A stretch of DNA of 64,000 bases from an uncultured bacterium (GTDB taxonomy: Bacteria > Hydrothermota > UBA3073 > NMUJ01 > CBEVQO01): NCBI GenBank assembly GCA_965552055.1, contig CBEVQO010000002.1:256001-320000 (forward strand), given 5' to 3'. Within the stretch, counting starts at the first letter, position 1, and every line of letters begins with the position of its first letter. The translations under genes and the position numbers were made by a program. This document shows positions 21,059-31,066 of the stretch, in pieces. Below the pieces are notes generated by a model. It saw only the letters and a program-made list of their open reading frames with translations, had not been told where the DNA came from and did not search any database.

Positions 21059-21386
21059 TTTTAAAACTCTTTAAAGTGTGGCGTTCCGGAGGGTCCCACA
21101 ATTTCCATCCCCTCTTTTTATCATAAGCCCAGCCATAATCTCTTGCGTAAATGCGAGCAAATGGATTGCATCTTATAAAGCGGTCAAAAGCCATAAAAAA
21201 GCCCCAAAATTTATAGCGCTTTATAGATTGATAAGCATAATGAGAACATGAAGGAATAAAATTACAAACATCACCAAAAATGCCCGAAAAAGTGCGTTGA
21301 TAAACTTTTATGCAAAAAGTGGTAAAAGATATGGGTAGTGCTTGCGGTGGTAAAGTATCGGTTAATATCACAAAAAGTATTACCAT
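21024..21386 (-). CDS. yidD: Membrane protein insertion efficiency factor YidD
   Basis: YQ...CNFIPSCSHYA...RFIRCNP. Confidence 0.85.
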   Translation of the reverse strand: MVILFVILTDTLPPQALPISFTTFCIKVYQRTFSGIFGDVCNFIPSCSHYAYQSIKRYKFWGFFMAFDRFIRCNPFARIYARDYGWAYDKKRGWKLWDPPERHTLKSFKNVPVICDFYRE

Positions 21387-21982
21387 TGCTCTTCTTTTAT
21401 TTTCACATCCTCTGGCAATTCTATTTCAAAAATAGATGCGCTATCTACAACTTCTCTTACATTCATAAAAAACATTTTGTAACTATATTTTTGAGGATAA
21501 AAAACTTCTATTAAAATTTTTGAAGGGAAAAAATCCGTTGTTAATTTTTTGAAATCAAAAATTTTTACCCTTGCAATCGGTTTATTCTTAAATTCCTGAT
21601 AAACTTCGGTTATATGCTTTTTCCACTTTTTTATCAAAATGGCATTTCCTTTGTTATCATTGTAATAACAAAAGATGGTATCTTTTTTTGTTTTCTTCAT
21701 TATTAGGTTAAAACCTAGCTTTTGCAATATTTCAAATTCATTCTTAAACAAAAAGTTTTTTGTCGGATCAAAAGTTTTTGTTGTGAATCTGAAAGCGAGT
21801 TTGCGTTCGGGATAATAAACCAGAGTAGTATTTGCGTTCACGGTTATTATTTGATTTAAAGGATAAGAAACTTCATATTTTATTTTTCTCTTTTCTTTAT
21901 CAAAATATAACTTCCCTTTTACCGTATCTTTTTCAATTTGTATGAAATCAGCTTTTATTAACAATATCAAATAAACTATCAC
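21380..21982 (-). CDS. LolA-like exported hypothetical protein
   Basis: Probable GTG start at 21982 (VIVYLILLIKADFIQ...GKLYFDK...Y..PLNQII...YYPE...F..PEDVKI); the longer 22072 start overlaps the upstream gene. Confidence 0.55.
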   Translation of the reverse strand: MIVYLILLIKADFIQIEKDTVKGKLYFDKEKRKIKYEVSYPLNQIITVNANTTLVYYPERKLAFRFTTKTFDPTKNFLFKNEFEILQKLGFNLIMKKTKKDTIFCYYNDNKGNAILIKKWKKHITEVYQEFKNKPIARVKIFDFKKLTTDFFPSKILIEVFYPQKYSYKMFFMNVREVVDSASIFEIELPEDVKIKEEQW

Positions 21983-21984
21983 AT

Positions 21985-22410
21985 TTAATAGGCATAAGTA
22001 GTTGCAGATGCAGCGATGTAATAAATGTAACAGCAATAAAATGCAGCATATGCGATACCGCTCACTATACAACCTATAGTCGCCATACGGACCTGTTTAT
22101 CGCGACCTGCTTTCTTATAAGCAGCTGTATACAACTGAATCCATTCCGGGTCTTTGCCTATCAGTGTCGTTGCCGATGGAGTAGGCTCTATTAGATACGC
22201 AGCAAGAATCCCCCATATTCCGAGGAAAAATCCAGCTGCAAACCATAGCGTGCCATTTACCTCGGCTTCTGCATCCGTTTTACCCTGAGTGTAAGCATCT
22301 GTAACTTCGCCAGCATATTCTTCGCCATAATACTCTTCGTGATACTTGTATTCCTGAGCATACGCCGTCCCCACACTTATTGCGATGACAAAAGGCAATA
22401 TCTTCAACAT
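21985..22410 (-). CDS. Hypothetical membrane protein with signal peptide
   Basis: SD GGAGGTG; AYA cleavage site; two hydrophobic segments; own TTGACA-N15-TAAAAT promoter at 22429-22455. Confidence 0.75.
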   Translation of the reverse strand: MLKILPFVIAISVGTAYAQEYKYHEEYYGEEYAGEVTDAYTQGKTDAEAEVNGTLWFAAGFFLGIWGILAAYLIEPTPSATTLIGKDPEWIQLYTAAYKKAGRDKQVRMATIGCIVSGIAYAAFYCCYIYYIAASATTYAY

Positions 22411-22469
22411 AACTCACCTCCTTTCGCTATTTTAAACATTTTATATGGTTGTCAATAAAAATTTTAATG

Positions 22470-24122
22470 TTATTTTATCCCTAATAATTGTTTTGCGTGT
22501 TCGATAGCAGAAGGTGTTATCTTTTTACCCGATAATAACATTGCTATTTCTTCAACTCTTTCTTCATAAGATAAAGGTTTGGCAAAAGTAAAAGTTCTTC
22601 CTTCTTTCTCTTCTTTCCATACTTTTATATGATGGTCTGCTTTTGATGCAATCTGGGGTAGATGTGTAATGCATATTACCTGATGATGTTGTGATATTAC
22701 TTTTAACTTTTCACCAATAGTATCTGCTATTTTACCACTTGTTCCAATGTCTATTTCATCAAATATCAAAATGGGTATTTCATCGAGTTCCGCGAAGACG
22801 GACTTAAGAGCCAGCATGCATCTTGACAGTTCGCCACCTGATGCAATTCTACGCAAATGCAAGGGCTTTTCCCCTGGATTCGCAGAAAACAAAAATTCTA
22901 CTTTATCTATACCATAATGAAAAGGGGGACGAGTTTCAATCTTTATTTTAAAACAGGCTTTAGGCATACCAAGGAGTTTTAACTCCGATTCTACCTTTTT
23001 CTCAAGATTTCTCGCACCCTTTTTACGCTCATGTGAAACCTTATTACTCAATGCGTAATACTCTGATTCTAATTCCCTTATCTCATTCTCAAGATTTTTG
23101 ATACCTTCTTCGCTTTCTTCGAATGATGCCAATATTTTTTTTAATCTTTCACCGTATTCGAGAATTTCCTTTACAGATTTTCCAAATCTATCTTTCAATT
23201 CCTGAATTTGCATTTTTCTTTTTCTCAATTCTTCCAATTTTTGTGGGTCATATTCGAATTTATCACGGAAATCTGCGATAGATTTTGCGATTTCACTTGC
23301 ATTTATCAAAATATCTTCTATTTGCTTCGCATAATCTTCAAACTCTTTCACATTATTGGATAATTCTTTCAAATTGAAAAGCACCTTTTTAAGCATATCG
23401 ATAACGGCATCTTCCCGTTCATATAGCAAATTTATTGCTTCATCAATTAAAATTTTATTTTTCTCATAGTTTTCAAGCAAGTTCAATTCCTTTTCTATTT
23501 CTTCATCTTCTCCTTCATATAAATTCGCATTTTCTATCATCTCCAGCTGGAATTCATAAAATTCTTTTTGCTTTTTAAATTCTTCAAATTCTTTTTTCAT
23601 CTTTTCGAGCTTTTCTTTTTTATCGTTTATTTCGAGCCATAGTTTTTTTAATCTTTCTCTTTCTTTTTGTAATTTACAGAAAGCATCCAGTATTTCTAAT
23701 TGCTTTTCTGGTTTCAGCAAAGATTGATGCTCATGCTGTCCGTGCATATCTATTAATTCATCGCCTATCTCTTTTAAGAATTTGAGAGATACAGGCTCGT
23801 TATTAACCCAGCATCTTGATTTACCCTGTAAAGAAATAACCCTTTTTACATAAATTGTGTTATCTTCCACATCTATTCCTTTTTCCTTTAAATAATTTTT
23901 TAATTTTTGAGAAATCTCAAATGTTCCTTCAATTACCGCTTCCTTTTCACCTGTTCTAACAGAAGACCTATCCCCTGCCTCCCCTATTAATGCGTTTATA
24001 GCATCAACGATTATCGTTTTGCCGGCTCCTGTCTCGCCTGTCAAAATATTTAAACCTTTTTTAAAATTTAGATATAGCTCACCTATTAATGTAAAATTCC
24101 TGACATGTAAATCTAATATCAT
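22470..24122 (-). CDS. recN: DNA repair protein RecN
   Basis: TGETGAGKT, HGQHEHQ, ASGGELSR, FDEID, THLPQ motifs. Confidence 0.97.
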   Translation of the reverse strand: MILDLHVRNFTLIGELYLNFKKGLNILTGETGAGKTIIVDAINALIGEAGDRSSVRTGEKEAVIEGTFEISQKLKNYLKEKGIDVEDNTIYVKRVISLQGKSRCWVNNEPVSLKFLKEIGDELIDMHGQHEHQSLLKPEKQLEILDAFCKLQKERERLKKLWLEINDKKEKLEKMKKEFEEFKKQKEFYEFQLEMIENANLYEGEDEEIEKELNLLENYEKNKILIDEAINLLYEREDAVIDMLKKVLFNLKELSNNVKEFEDYAKQIEDILINASEIAKSIADFRDKFEYDPQKLEELRKRKMQIQELKDRFGKSVKEILEYGERLKKILASFEESEEGIKNLENEIRELESEYYALSNKVSHERKKGARNLEKKVESELKLLGMPKACFKIKIETRPPFHYGIDKVEFLFSANPGEKPLHLRRIASGGELSRCMLALKSVFAELDEIPILIFDEIDIGTSGKIADTIGEKLKVISQHHQVICITHLPQIASKADHHIKVWKEEKEGRTFTFAKPLSYEERVEEIAMLLSGKKITPSAIEHAKQLLGIK

Positions 24123-24823
24123 TCTTCCCAGAAGAGGATTCTACCGCATTGCTGGCAAATTATTAATTTTTCTCCTTTCCTTACTTCGTTGATAATCTGA
24201 GGGGGTACTACGGCGTGGCATCCTGAGCAATATCCTTTATTTACATTGGCAATGCCTATGCCATTTCTAATAGCCCTTATTCTTTCATAGCGATTTAAAA
24301 CCTTTTTATCAATTTTTGATGATAATTTTTGCCTCTCCTCTTTCTTGCTTTTCAACTTATCTTCAATTTCTTTTAATTTGCGATTTAATTCTTCTTTTTT
24401 CTTTTCAAAAGCCTTTTTTGCCTCCTCGAGTTCTTTTTCAGCATTTTTGATCTCTTTGCTCAAATTATCCATATTTTCCATCAGTTTTAATCTCTCTTCT
24501 TCCATCAATGAAATTCTTTCCTCTTCATGTTTTATTTCATTAGTTATGGAAATGTATTCTTCATTTGTTTTGACCTGCAGTAATTGTCTTTTATATTTTT
24601 TAATTTTATCCTGCACCTCTGCAATATCGATATCCAAACGGGCGTCTCTCTTTTTTACTTTCTCAAGTTCTTCCTTTTTCTCGGATAATTTTTTCTCTTT
24701 CTCTGCTATTATTTTTTTTGCATTCTCTATCTCTTTTGGTATTCTTTCCTTTTCTTTCTCTATTTCCTGAATTTTATTATCTAATTTTTGTAAATTCCAT
24801 AAATTTTTAAGCTGCTCCTTCAT
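24119..24823 (-). CDS. Coiled-coil protein with C4-type zinc ribbon (CT398/HP0958-like)
   Basis: LQKLD...long coiled coil...CSGCH...CQQCGRIL. Confidence 0.9.
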   Translation of the reverse strand: MKEQLKNLWNLQKLDNKIQEIEKEKERIPKEIENAKKIIAEKEKKLSEKKEELEKVKKRDARLDIDIAEVQDKIKKYKRQLLQVKTNEEYISITNEIKHEEERISLMEEERLKLMENMDNLSKEIKNAEKELEEAKKAFEKKKEELNRKLKEIEDKLKSKKEERQKLSSKIDKKVLNRYERIRAIRNGIGIANVNKGYCSGCHAVVPPQIINEVRKGEKLIICQQCGRILFWEE

Positions 24824-24825
24824 TT

Positions 24826-24901
24826 TGGTGGGCAGGGCCCGATTCGAACGGACGACCTTCTGGATGTGAACCAGACGCTCTAACCACTGAGCTACCTGCC
24901 C
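24826..24901 (-). tRNA. tRNA-Val(CAC)
   Basis: GGGCAGG acceptor stem; anticodon arm TCTGG-TTCACAT-CCAGA; GTTCGAA T-loop; encoded CCA; promoter TTGACA-N15-TATAAT at 24911-24937. Confidence 0.96.
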
Positions 24902-24983
24902 TCACTCTCTATTATAACAATTATCATAATTTGTCAAGTGAAAATTTCAAATTGACAAAATTAAAATCTCATTATTTATTTGT

Positions 24984-25505
24984 GTGAATGTTTTAATCAC
25001 GGGAAAACCGGGTGTCGGAAAGACGACCCTTATCCTGAGAGTTTTAACAAAATTGAAACGAAAAGCATCTGGTTTTTACACACAGGAAATCAGGGAATTC
25101 GGAAGAAGAACGGGCTTTGAATTAATCACACTAAAAGGAGACAGCGAAATACTGGCAGATGTGAATCTTGACTCCCCATATAAGGTGGGCAAGTATAAAG
25201 TTAATCTGAAAGCAATGGAACTGGCATGTAAAGCAATAGAAGAAGGCTTAAAAGAAGGAAATCTAATAGTAATAGACGAAATTGGCAAAATGGAACTTTT
25301 TTCTTTTCGCTTTCAGGATTTAGTACTCGAAGCACTTGACTCAGATTGCGATGTTTTGGGAACGATAATGTTAAGACCTCATCACTTTACAGACCAGATA
25401 AAAAGAAGAAAAGATGTAAAACTTTACATTTTGACACAGGGAAATTTCAAAGAAATTTTCGAAAAAATACTTTCCGATTTTTCGATAAAAAATGGGCAAA
25501 TGTAA
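24984..25505 (+). CDS. NTPase (NTPase_1/THEP1 family)
   Basis: ITGKPGVGKTT, GFYTQEIR, VIDEIGKME. Confidence 0.92.
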   Translation: MNVLITGKPGVGKTTLILRVLTKLKRKASGFYTQEIREFGRRTGFELITLKGDSEILADVNLDSPYKVGKYKVNLKAMELACKAIEEGLKEGNLIVIDEIGKMELFSFRFQDLVLEALDSDCDVLGTIMLRPHHFTDQIKRRKDVKLYILTQGNFKEIFEKILSDFSIKNGQM

Positions 25506-26517
25506 AAACTGTGGAAAAGAGTCCCCTGAAATATCAGATGTTATAGGTTTTTGTGCTGACTGTATAAGAAAAGGCGAAGCAGATTTATCTTTGCTTCATA
25601 AAAAATCAAGGGAAATCTTTGGATTACCTCCTTTTCCTCCCAAATCAGAAAATGGTATTAAATGTGGGATGTGTGTTAATGAATGCATATTGAATGAGGG
25701 CGAAACAGGGTATTGTGGCATCCGCAAAAATATAAATGGCAAAATCGTTACAATTGCAAATGGTCATCTTGACTATTACTTTGACCCGCTACCGACAAAT
25801 TGCGTAGCTGAATGGGTTTGCCCGGGCAGATTCGCTTATGGATACAAGAATCTCGCGGTATTTTACAGAGCTTGTACCTTCAATTGTTTATTCTGCCAGA
25901 ACTGGCATTTTAAACAGGGGAGCATTAGAGAAGTGCCACCCGATGTGCTTGCAGAAGAAGTTGATGATAGAACATTTTGCATCTGCTATTTCGGAGGTGA
26001 CCCCACTCCTCAACTACCGCACGCAATAAAAACATCCAGACTCGCATTGCAAAAAAGAAAAATAAGAATTTGCTTCGAAACAAATGGAACTATGAATAGA
26101 AATTTACTCGAAGAAGCAGCGGAAATAGTTTTTGAATCAGGTGGATGCATCAAATTTGATTTAAAAGCATACACAAAAAATCTAAATGTGGCACTTTGTG
26201 GTATCACAAATGAAAGAACTTTTGAAAATTTTGAATATCTTGTAAAATATTTTAAGAAGAGAAAAGAGCCTCCTTTCCTTGTAGCAAGCACCTTACTGGT
26301 ACCGGGATATGTTGACCTTTATGAAGTGGAACAGATTGCGAAATTTCTATATAAACTTGACCCTGATATTCCTTATTCTTTACTCGCTTTTTATCCTTCT
26401 TTTATTTTAAATGACTTACCCACAACAAGCAGGGAACATGCCTTTGCTGCAAGAGATATTGCCCTGAAAATAGGTTTAAAAAGGGTAAATATCGGAAATA
26501 TACATCTGCTAAGGTGA
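25492..26517 (+). CDS. Radical SAM protein, PFL-activase-like
   Basis: CTFNCLFCQN; N-terminal Cys clusters; FGGDPTPQ; ETNG. Confidence 0.88.
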   Translation: MGKCKNCGKESPEISDVIGFCADCIRKGEADLSLLHKKSREIFGLPPFPPKSENGIKCGMCVNECILNEGETGYCGIRKNINGKIVTIANGHLDYYFDPLPTNCVAEWVCPGRFAYGYKNLAVFYRACTFNCLFCQNWHFKQGSIREVPPDVLAEEVDDRTFCICYFGGDPTPQLPHAIKTSRLALQKRKIRICFETNGTMNRNLLEEAAEIVFESGGCIKFDLKAYTKNLNVALCGITNERTFENFEYLVKYFKKRKEPPFLVASTLLVPGYVDLYEVEQIAKFLYKLDPDIPYSLLAFYPSFILNDLPTTSREHAFAARDIALKIGLKRVNIGNIHLLR

Positions 26518-26523
26518 TAATCT

Positions 26524-27078
26524 TCATCTCCATTCTCCCACTATTTCTGTATATTTATCTCCCCGTGTTAGAGATTTTGTTATAGTAATTTTTAAATCTT
26601 TGCAGCCTGATATTTCCAGTGCTCTCTCAATCCATCCTGCAATCCTGTATTCAACAACAATTTGCGGCTTGCCAAATTCTGTTATATGTAAAACAGCTCT
26701 ATTTTTACCCCTCTCCACTACTTCCATTTTTGATGGTCTGTAATAATTGGAGAAAATGGCGCTCGCTCTGTCAATTATAAACCCTGGTGAACCTATTTTT
26801 ACAAAAACTTTATAGATTCCTCTGAGGGCAAAATCAGCACTGAATCTGCCAGCTTCCCAAGCACCCCTTAGGTCTCCATTGTAAAAAAGTTCGCAAATCT
26901 TTAGTGTTGGAATAATGAAAGCTTCTTCTAAGGGATACCATATTGCAGCTAGTATTGGCTTTGTCATTATCTCTCGAGATTTCGGTGGCAAAGAATTCAA
27001 CCATTCTTCATACCTTTCGCCAAATTTTTCTTTAACAAAAAGAGGTATGCTCTCTACAGCTGTGCCTTTCACTTCCAT
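26524..27078 (-). CDS. Hypothetical protein (DUF2378/V4R-like)
   Basis: VKGT..WYP...GRFSA...GWIERALE..G pattern. Confidence 0.6.
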   Translation of the reverse strand: MEVKGTAVESIPLFVKEKFGERYEEWLNSLPPKSREIMTKPILAAIWYPLEEAFIIPTLKICELFYNGDLRGAWEAGRFSADFALRGIYKVFVKIGSPGFIIDRASAIFSNYYRPSKMEVVERGKNRAVLHITEFGKPQIVVEYRIAGWIERALEISGCKDLKITITKSLTRGDKYTEIVGEWR

Positions 27079-27079
27079 T

Positions 27080-28576
27080 TTATCCCCCTATCAATTTCGA
27101 TATTCTTTCTTCTATTTTTTTACTCAGTTCTTCTGTGATACTTTTAACTGCTTTTTGTAATGCTGTTTTACTGGCTTCTTCTTCCGATGCACCAAATCCT
27201 TTTACATTTACCTTCTTGATATCAAAAAGTATCTCCCCTGATTTCACATAGACCGCCCTTATCGAAACATCTGCACGAGAATGTGGCATACCGGTAACCT
27301 TCTCGCCAGTAGGCAGCTCAACTACATCTCCAAGATACTCAGACCTCGCAATACCAACGATAATGATATCCGCATCTGTCTTATCCTTTATCTCCTGTAA
27401 CATAGCCCTATCACCGTAAAACGCACCTTTAACCATCGAAGGATTTATAACATTAACAATCTCAGGAGCAGTTATAACATTGAATTTGTTTTTCAACATC
27501 TCCTCTGTTAAACATTGTTCAACCACAGATGGCACCTGTAATTTCCCGTTGATTTCTTCATAAACCCTTACAAGTATTTTCAACAAACGCCTGGGGGATA
27601 TTGCTTCGCACATAAATCTCACAAATAAACCTTTTAAGCCATCAAGATGCGAAGTTATATCGGTTATCGCTGTATCACCCATAATTTCTCTTTTCATAAT
27701 TTTTGTATCAAAACTTGCATTTATTATTCCTTTTCCTTCACTTTTTATCTCATAAACTTTACATTCTGCTACACCGTTTTTATCCGTTCGCGAAAGTGTA
27801 TCATATTTTGCATCAACGCCCTCTATTTTAAATCTAACAGGTATATTTACAAGTGGTTTATTTTCTCTTTCTATTTTTACTTTCAAAGGAAAATTTAATC
27901 CCTTTCCGCACAGAGTTTTTTGATTGTCACCTCCTTCTTTTTTAATCGTAATATTTGCGAATGCACGCTCAATTTCTATATCAACATCAGAAAGAGATAT
28001 TTTTTTCTCTTCAAAGAAAAATGGTCTGCCCGAAATTATCCTTGCATCTTCCTCAAATCCCATAGCCATCAAAATCTTATTCCTTGCTTTCAAAAGCAAA
28101 GATAAACCTTTTGTGAAAAAACCTTCATTAAGCAATTTTTTACCTTCATCGTATAATTTCTCTGCCTCATCATAATAAATGCTTGCCTTTTCAAAAAGGA
28201 GTTTACTGCTAAGCATACGATTAAGCACAGCAACGGCATACACTACCTTCTGCTTTTTGCTAACACCTACTTTCGCAAGTTTAACGCCTTCAAGCACATT
28301 TGAAACAAGGACTTTTGTCAACATTTCATAGTCCGAACTTATTTTTTTGCCTTTCTGTTGCAGTTTATCGATAAATTCGGCTTTTATCTTAACTCTTATC
28401 TGCTCGCCTATATTTGCGTATGCTTTGTTTTTCGCTATATCTTTGCATTTTTCTACATCACCATAAAGAGGTGCAACACCCACCCCAACGATATAACGGG
28501 TCTCCGGATACTTCTTCTTGATTTTGGTAATCTCTTTCTCATAACCTGCTATCAAACAGAGTATAAGCATAAACAT
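27080..28576 (-). CDS. Exported LPP20-like/Ig-like multidomain protein
   Basis: YIVGVG..AKNKAYANIGEQI; GGDNQ...TDKNGVA Ig-like segment. Confidence 0.6.
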   Translation of the reverse strand: MFMLILCLIAGYEKEITKIKKKYPETRYIVGVGVAPLYGDVEKCKDIAKNKAYANIGEQIRVKIKAEFIDKLQQKGKKISSDYEMLTKVLVSNVLEGVKLAKVGVSKKQKVVYAVAVLNRMLSSKLLFEKASIYYDEAEKLYDEGKKLLNEGFFTKGLSLLLKARNKILMAMGFEEDARIISGRPFFFEEKKISLSDVDIEIERAFANITIKKEGGDNQKTLCGKGLNFPLKVKIERENKPLVNIPVRFKIEGVDAKYDTLSRTDKNGVAECKVYEIKSEGKGIINASFDTKIMKREIMGDTAITDITSHLDGLKGLFVRFMCEAISPRRLLKILVRVYEEINGKLQVPSVVEQCLTEEMLKNKFNVITAPEIVNVINPSMVKGAFYGDRAMLQEIKDKTDADIIIVGIARSEYLGDVVELPTGEKVTGMPHSRADVSIRAVYVKSGEILFDIKKVNVKGFGASEEEASKTALQKAVKSITEELSKKIEERISKLIGG

Positions 28577-29381
28577 CTTTTCCTCCTTTTATTTTCATAA
28601 AATTCTTATAAGATTCTCTAACTCTATCTGCTGGTCTTATCTCAAAAATATAATAAGGGTCATGAGTTTCCATTATCTTCAAATATTTTCGAAAATTAAC
28701 ATTGCCTTTGCCAACAACATTGTGCTCATCATAATCACCTTTATTGTCATGCAAATGTACTTCTATCACTCTATCCAGGTGCTTTTCAAAAAATTTCTCC
28801 TCTCTTTCTCTTTCCTTATTTTTCCTCAAATTTGTATGTCCCCAATCCCATGTTAATTTTGCTGGTTTAAACTCATTCAATATCTTCTCCACAATCTCTT
28901 TACCCAAATCCGTTTTCACTGCCCCTGCATTCTCAATTGAAAGATATGGAGATTTATCTTTCGCATAAACAAAAACCTCGCATAGAGCATCGTAAACAAT
29001 ATTTTTAAACTCATCGGGAAAAAAATCATGTAATTTTTGAATCTTACCAAGATATGATATTGTGCAGGAATCCCCTATATGCATCGTTATTACTTTAATT
29101 TTTAATTCATCTGCAAAATCTATTATCTCTTTCATAATTTCAATACTTGCATTTACATAATGTTTTTCAAAAAAGAAGAAAGAAAGGGTATTCGGTGCGT
29201 GAAGCAAAATATCAATATCGCTATTTTTTATTGCGTTGTAATTTTCTTTTTTTATCCTATCTGGATAAAAATTTGGGTCTGTTAAATTAATTTCGATACA
29301 ATTAAATCCTTCTCTCTTTGCATTTGCGATTATATCTTCCAATCCGGCATCTTCGAACATTATCTGAAATCCTATTTTCAT
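28539..29381 (-). CDS. Sugar phosphate isomerase/epimerase (xylose-isomerase-like TIM barrel)
   Basis: IEN, WDWGH, VHLHDN, FE metal motifs. Confidence 0.85.
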   Translation of the reverse strand: MKIGFQIMFEDAGLEDIIANAKREGFNCIEINLTDPNFYPDRIKKENYNAIKNSDIDILLHAPNTLSFFFFEKHYVNASIEIMKEIIDFADELKIKVITMHIGDSCTISYLGKIQKLHDFFPDEFKNIVYDALCEVFVYAKDKSPYLSIENAGAVKTDLGKEIVEKILNEFKPAKLTWDWGHTNLRKNKEREREEKFFEKHLDRVIEVHLHDNKGDYDEHNVVGKGNVNFRKYLKIMETHDPYYIFEIRPADRVRESYKNFMKIKGGKDVYAYTLFDSRL

Positions 29382-30817
29382 TTTTCATTCCCAAGATAAA
29401 CTTTTTTCCAGTATTCTTCTGTCATCTTACCTATTATTTCACCATATTCTATCAATCCTTTTCTGTATTCTTCATCCTGCAATGCATCTTCTGCTTCCTT
29501 ATAAATTCCTCTTGCCCCTGTTTTCTTTATTATTTCGTAAATTTTCGCATAATGGTCTCTTATTATACACTGCCTTAACAAATTTCCTGCTTTATCCGGT
29601 GGCTTTGCATAGTAATATTCATCCTGCCATTTTCTTATTTCTTTAAAAAATGGAGTATTTATAGCGTCATCAAGATTTCCTCCTTTTTTATAAAGTTCTT
29701 TGAGATTTGTAACAGAATATGGTATGAACACACATGGCATTACATCAGCATCCCAGTTTATGTGGAAATATCCGCAAGCCCTTGCACCTGATATGCATCC
29801 GTCACTCGCAGTACCTGAATTCCAGAAATCAGCAATAAAATAACGCTTCTCCCTTACTAAACGCCATATATGATTGAATAACTTTAAGCGCTGCTCGGGC
29901 GTCGGCAACATGGATAAAGTATATTCCCTTCCTATCGGCATATAGTGGAAAACCCAGGCGTATATTGCTCCCTGTTCTTCAAAATAGAAATCCCAGAAAT
30001 CATCACGCAAAAGTATATCGGCATTTTCCCTGTAAGCAGTATAAGAAATACCAAAAGGCACTCCTTCTTCCCTCATATATTCCATCGCCGACATTATCTT
30101 TTCAAATACTCCTTTGCCCCTTCTTTCATCTGTTTCTTTCTTAAATCCCTCCACTGAAACTGCTGGCGTTATATTTCCGAGTTCTGACAATCTTTTTGCC
30201 ATTTTCTTATCAATAAGCGTCGCATTAGTATACATCAGGAAGTAACAATCGGAATGTTTCTCTGCAATATCAAGAAATGTTTTACCCTGACTGCGATACA
30301 AAAGGGGTTCGCCTCCTGAAATAACAAAGAAATTGGAGCCCCACAAATCTTTCGCTTCCTGAATTATTCTGTCAAAAATATCAAATTCAAGATGATTTGC
30401 TCTCTTCTCGGATGCCGCCGCATAACAGCCCTTACAGTGAAGATTACATGCCCATGTAGGACTTATCGTGATAAACATTGGGGGACGCCTTCCATATTTC
30501 TCCATGTATAATCTCCTTTTATAGAATCCCCCGAAAAATACATTTCCAAGAAACACTTTAAATAGTCCTTCGGCTGATTTGCGTGATAAATGCCCTCTTT
30601 TAAATGCCCTGTTAATGCTGTGTAAAAGTGCCCTACCCATATAGTATTTATCCATCTGCACCCTTTTGGGACGATTATCAGGGTTGCCTATTATCAAATC
30701 TTTGTATATCTTCCATTCCATCAATTTCAATATATTTTCTCTTGCGTAATTATTGGAAAGTGCAATGGCTCCTGCTTTTATGATAAAGTCAGCAGTTAAT
30801 TTTTGCGTCCTTCTCAT
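29378..30817 (-). CDS. Radical SAM protein with C-terminal SPASM/twitch-like domain
   Basis: CNLHCKGC, SGGEP, GCISG..Y.HIN..DVMPCVF; own promoter at 30836-30862. Confidence 0.9.
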   Translation of the reverse strand: MRRTQKLTADFIIKAGAIALSNNYARENILKLMEWKIYKDLIIGNPDNRPKRVQMDKYYMGRALLHSINRAFKRGHLSRKSAEGLFKVFLGNVFFGGFYKRRLYMEKYGRRPPMFITISPTWACNLHCKGCYAAASEKRANHLEFDIFDRIIQEAKDLWGSNFFVISGGEPLLYRSQGKTFLDIAEKHSDCYFLMYTNATLIDKKMAKRLSELGNITPAVSVEGFKKETDERRGKGVFEKIMSAMEYMREEGVPFGISYTAYRENADILLRDDFWDFYFEEQGAIYAWVFHYMPIGREYTLSMLPTPEQRLKLFNHIWRLVREKRYFIADFWNSGTASDGCISGARACGYFHINWDADVMPCVFIPYSVTNLKELYKKGGNLDDAINTPFFKEIRKWQDEYYYAKPPDKAGNLLRQCIIRDHYAKIYEIIKKTGARGIYKEAEDALQDEEYRKGLIEYGEIIGKMTEEYWKKVYLGNEK

Positions 30818-30880
30818 AATTCCCTCCTTTGTTTTAAGATAATGAATTTACAGAAAAGTCAAGCAAAAATTTGTTTATTT

Positions 30881-31041
30881 TTAGCCCCTCCTCCGCTGTC
30901 CCCGCCTTCCCGATTAAGTCAGCCCACTACTACAGCTAAAAATACGCAAATAGCAAATAAAGCCACAAACCCTGCCACAACCTTAAACCCGTAATGGGCT
31001 GACATATCAACCCATATGTAACAGGCTCGCTTTCGCTCGCA
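30881..31041. repeat. Second, shorter copy of the intergenic element, with an internal 13-bp inverted repeat
   Basis: Same ends as 1932-2398; GTCAGCCCACTAC (30918-30930) pairs with GTAATGGGCTGAC (30991-31003) with one mismatch. Confidence 0.75.
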
Positions 31042-31066
31042 TTAAAAATTTAATAAAAAATTAAAA

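Noticed and set aside
21983..22072. N-terminal extension of the 21380 ORF
   Set aside because: Overlaps the upstream gene in another frame; GTG at 21982 follows its stop directly
24345..24770. Ser/Phe-rich plus-strand ORF and the many other short antisense ORFs
   Set aside because: Shadows of Lys/Glu-rich genes on the opposite strand
29378..30817. Radical SAM protein as maturase of the twin peptides
   Set aside because: Separate transcription unit with its own promoter, ~6 kb away, no recognisable RRE; not supportable from the sequence, though action in trans is not excluded
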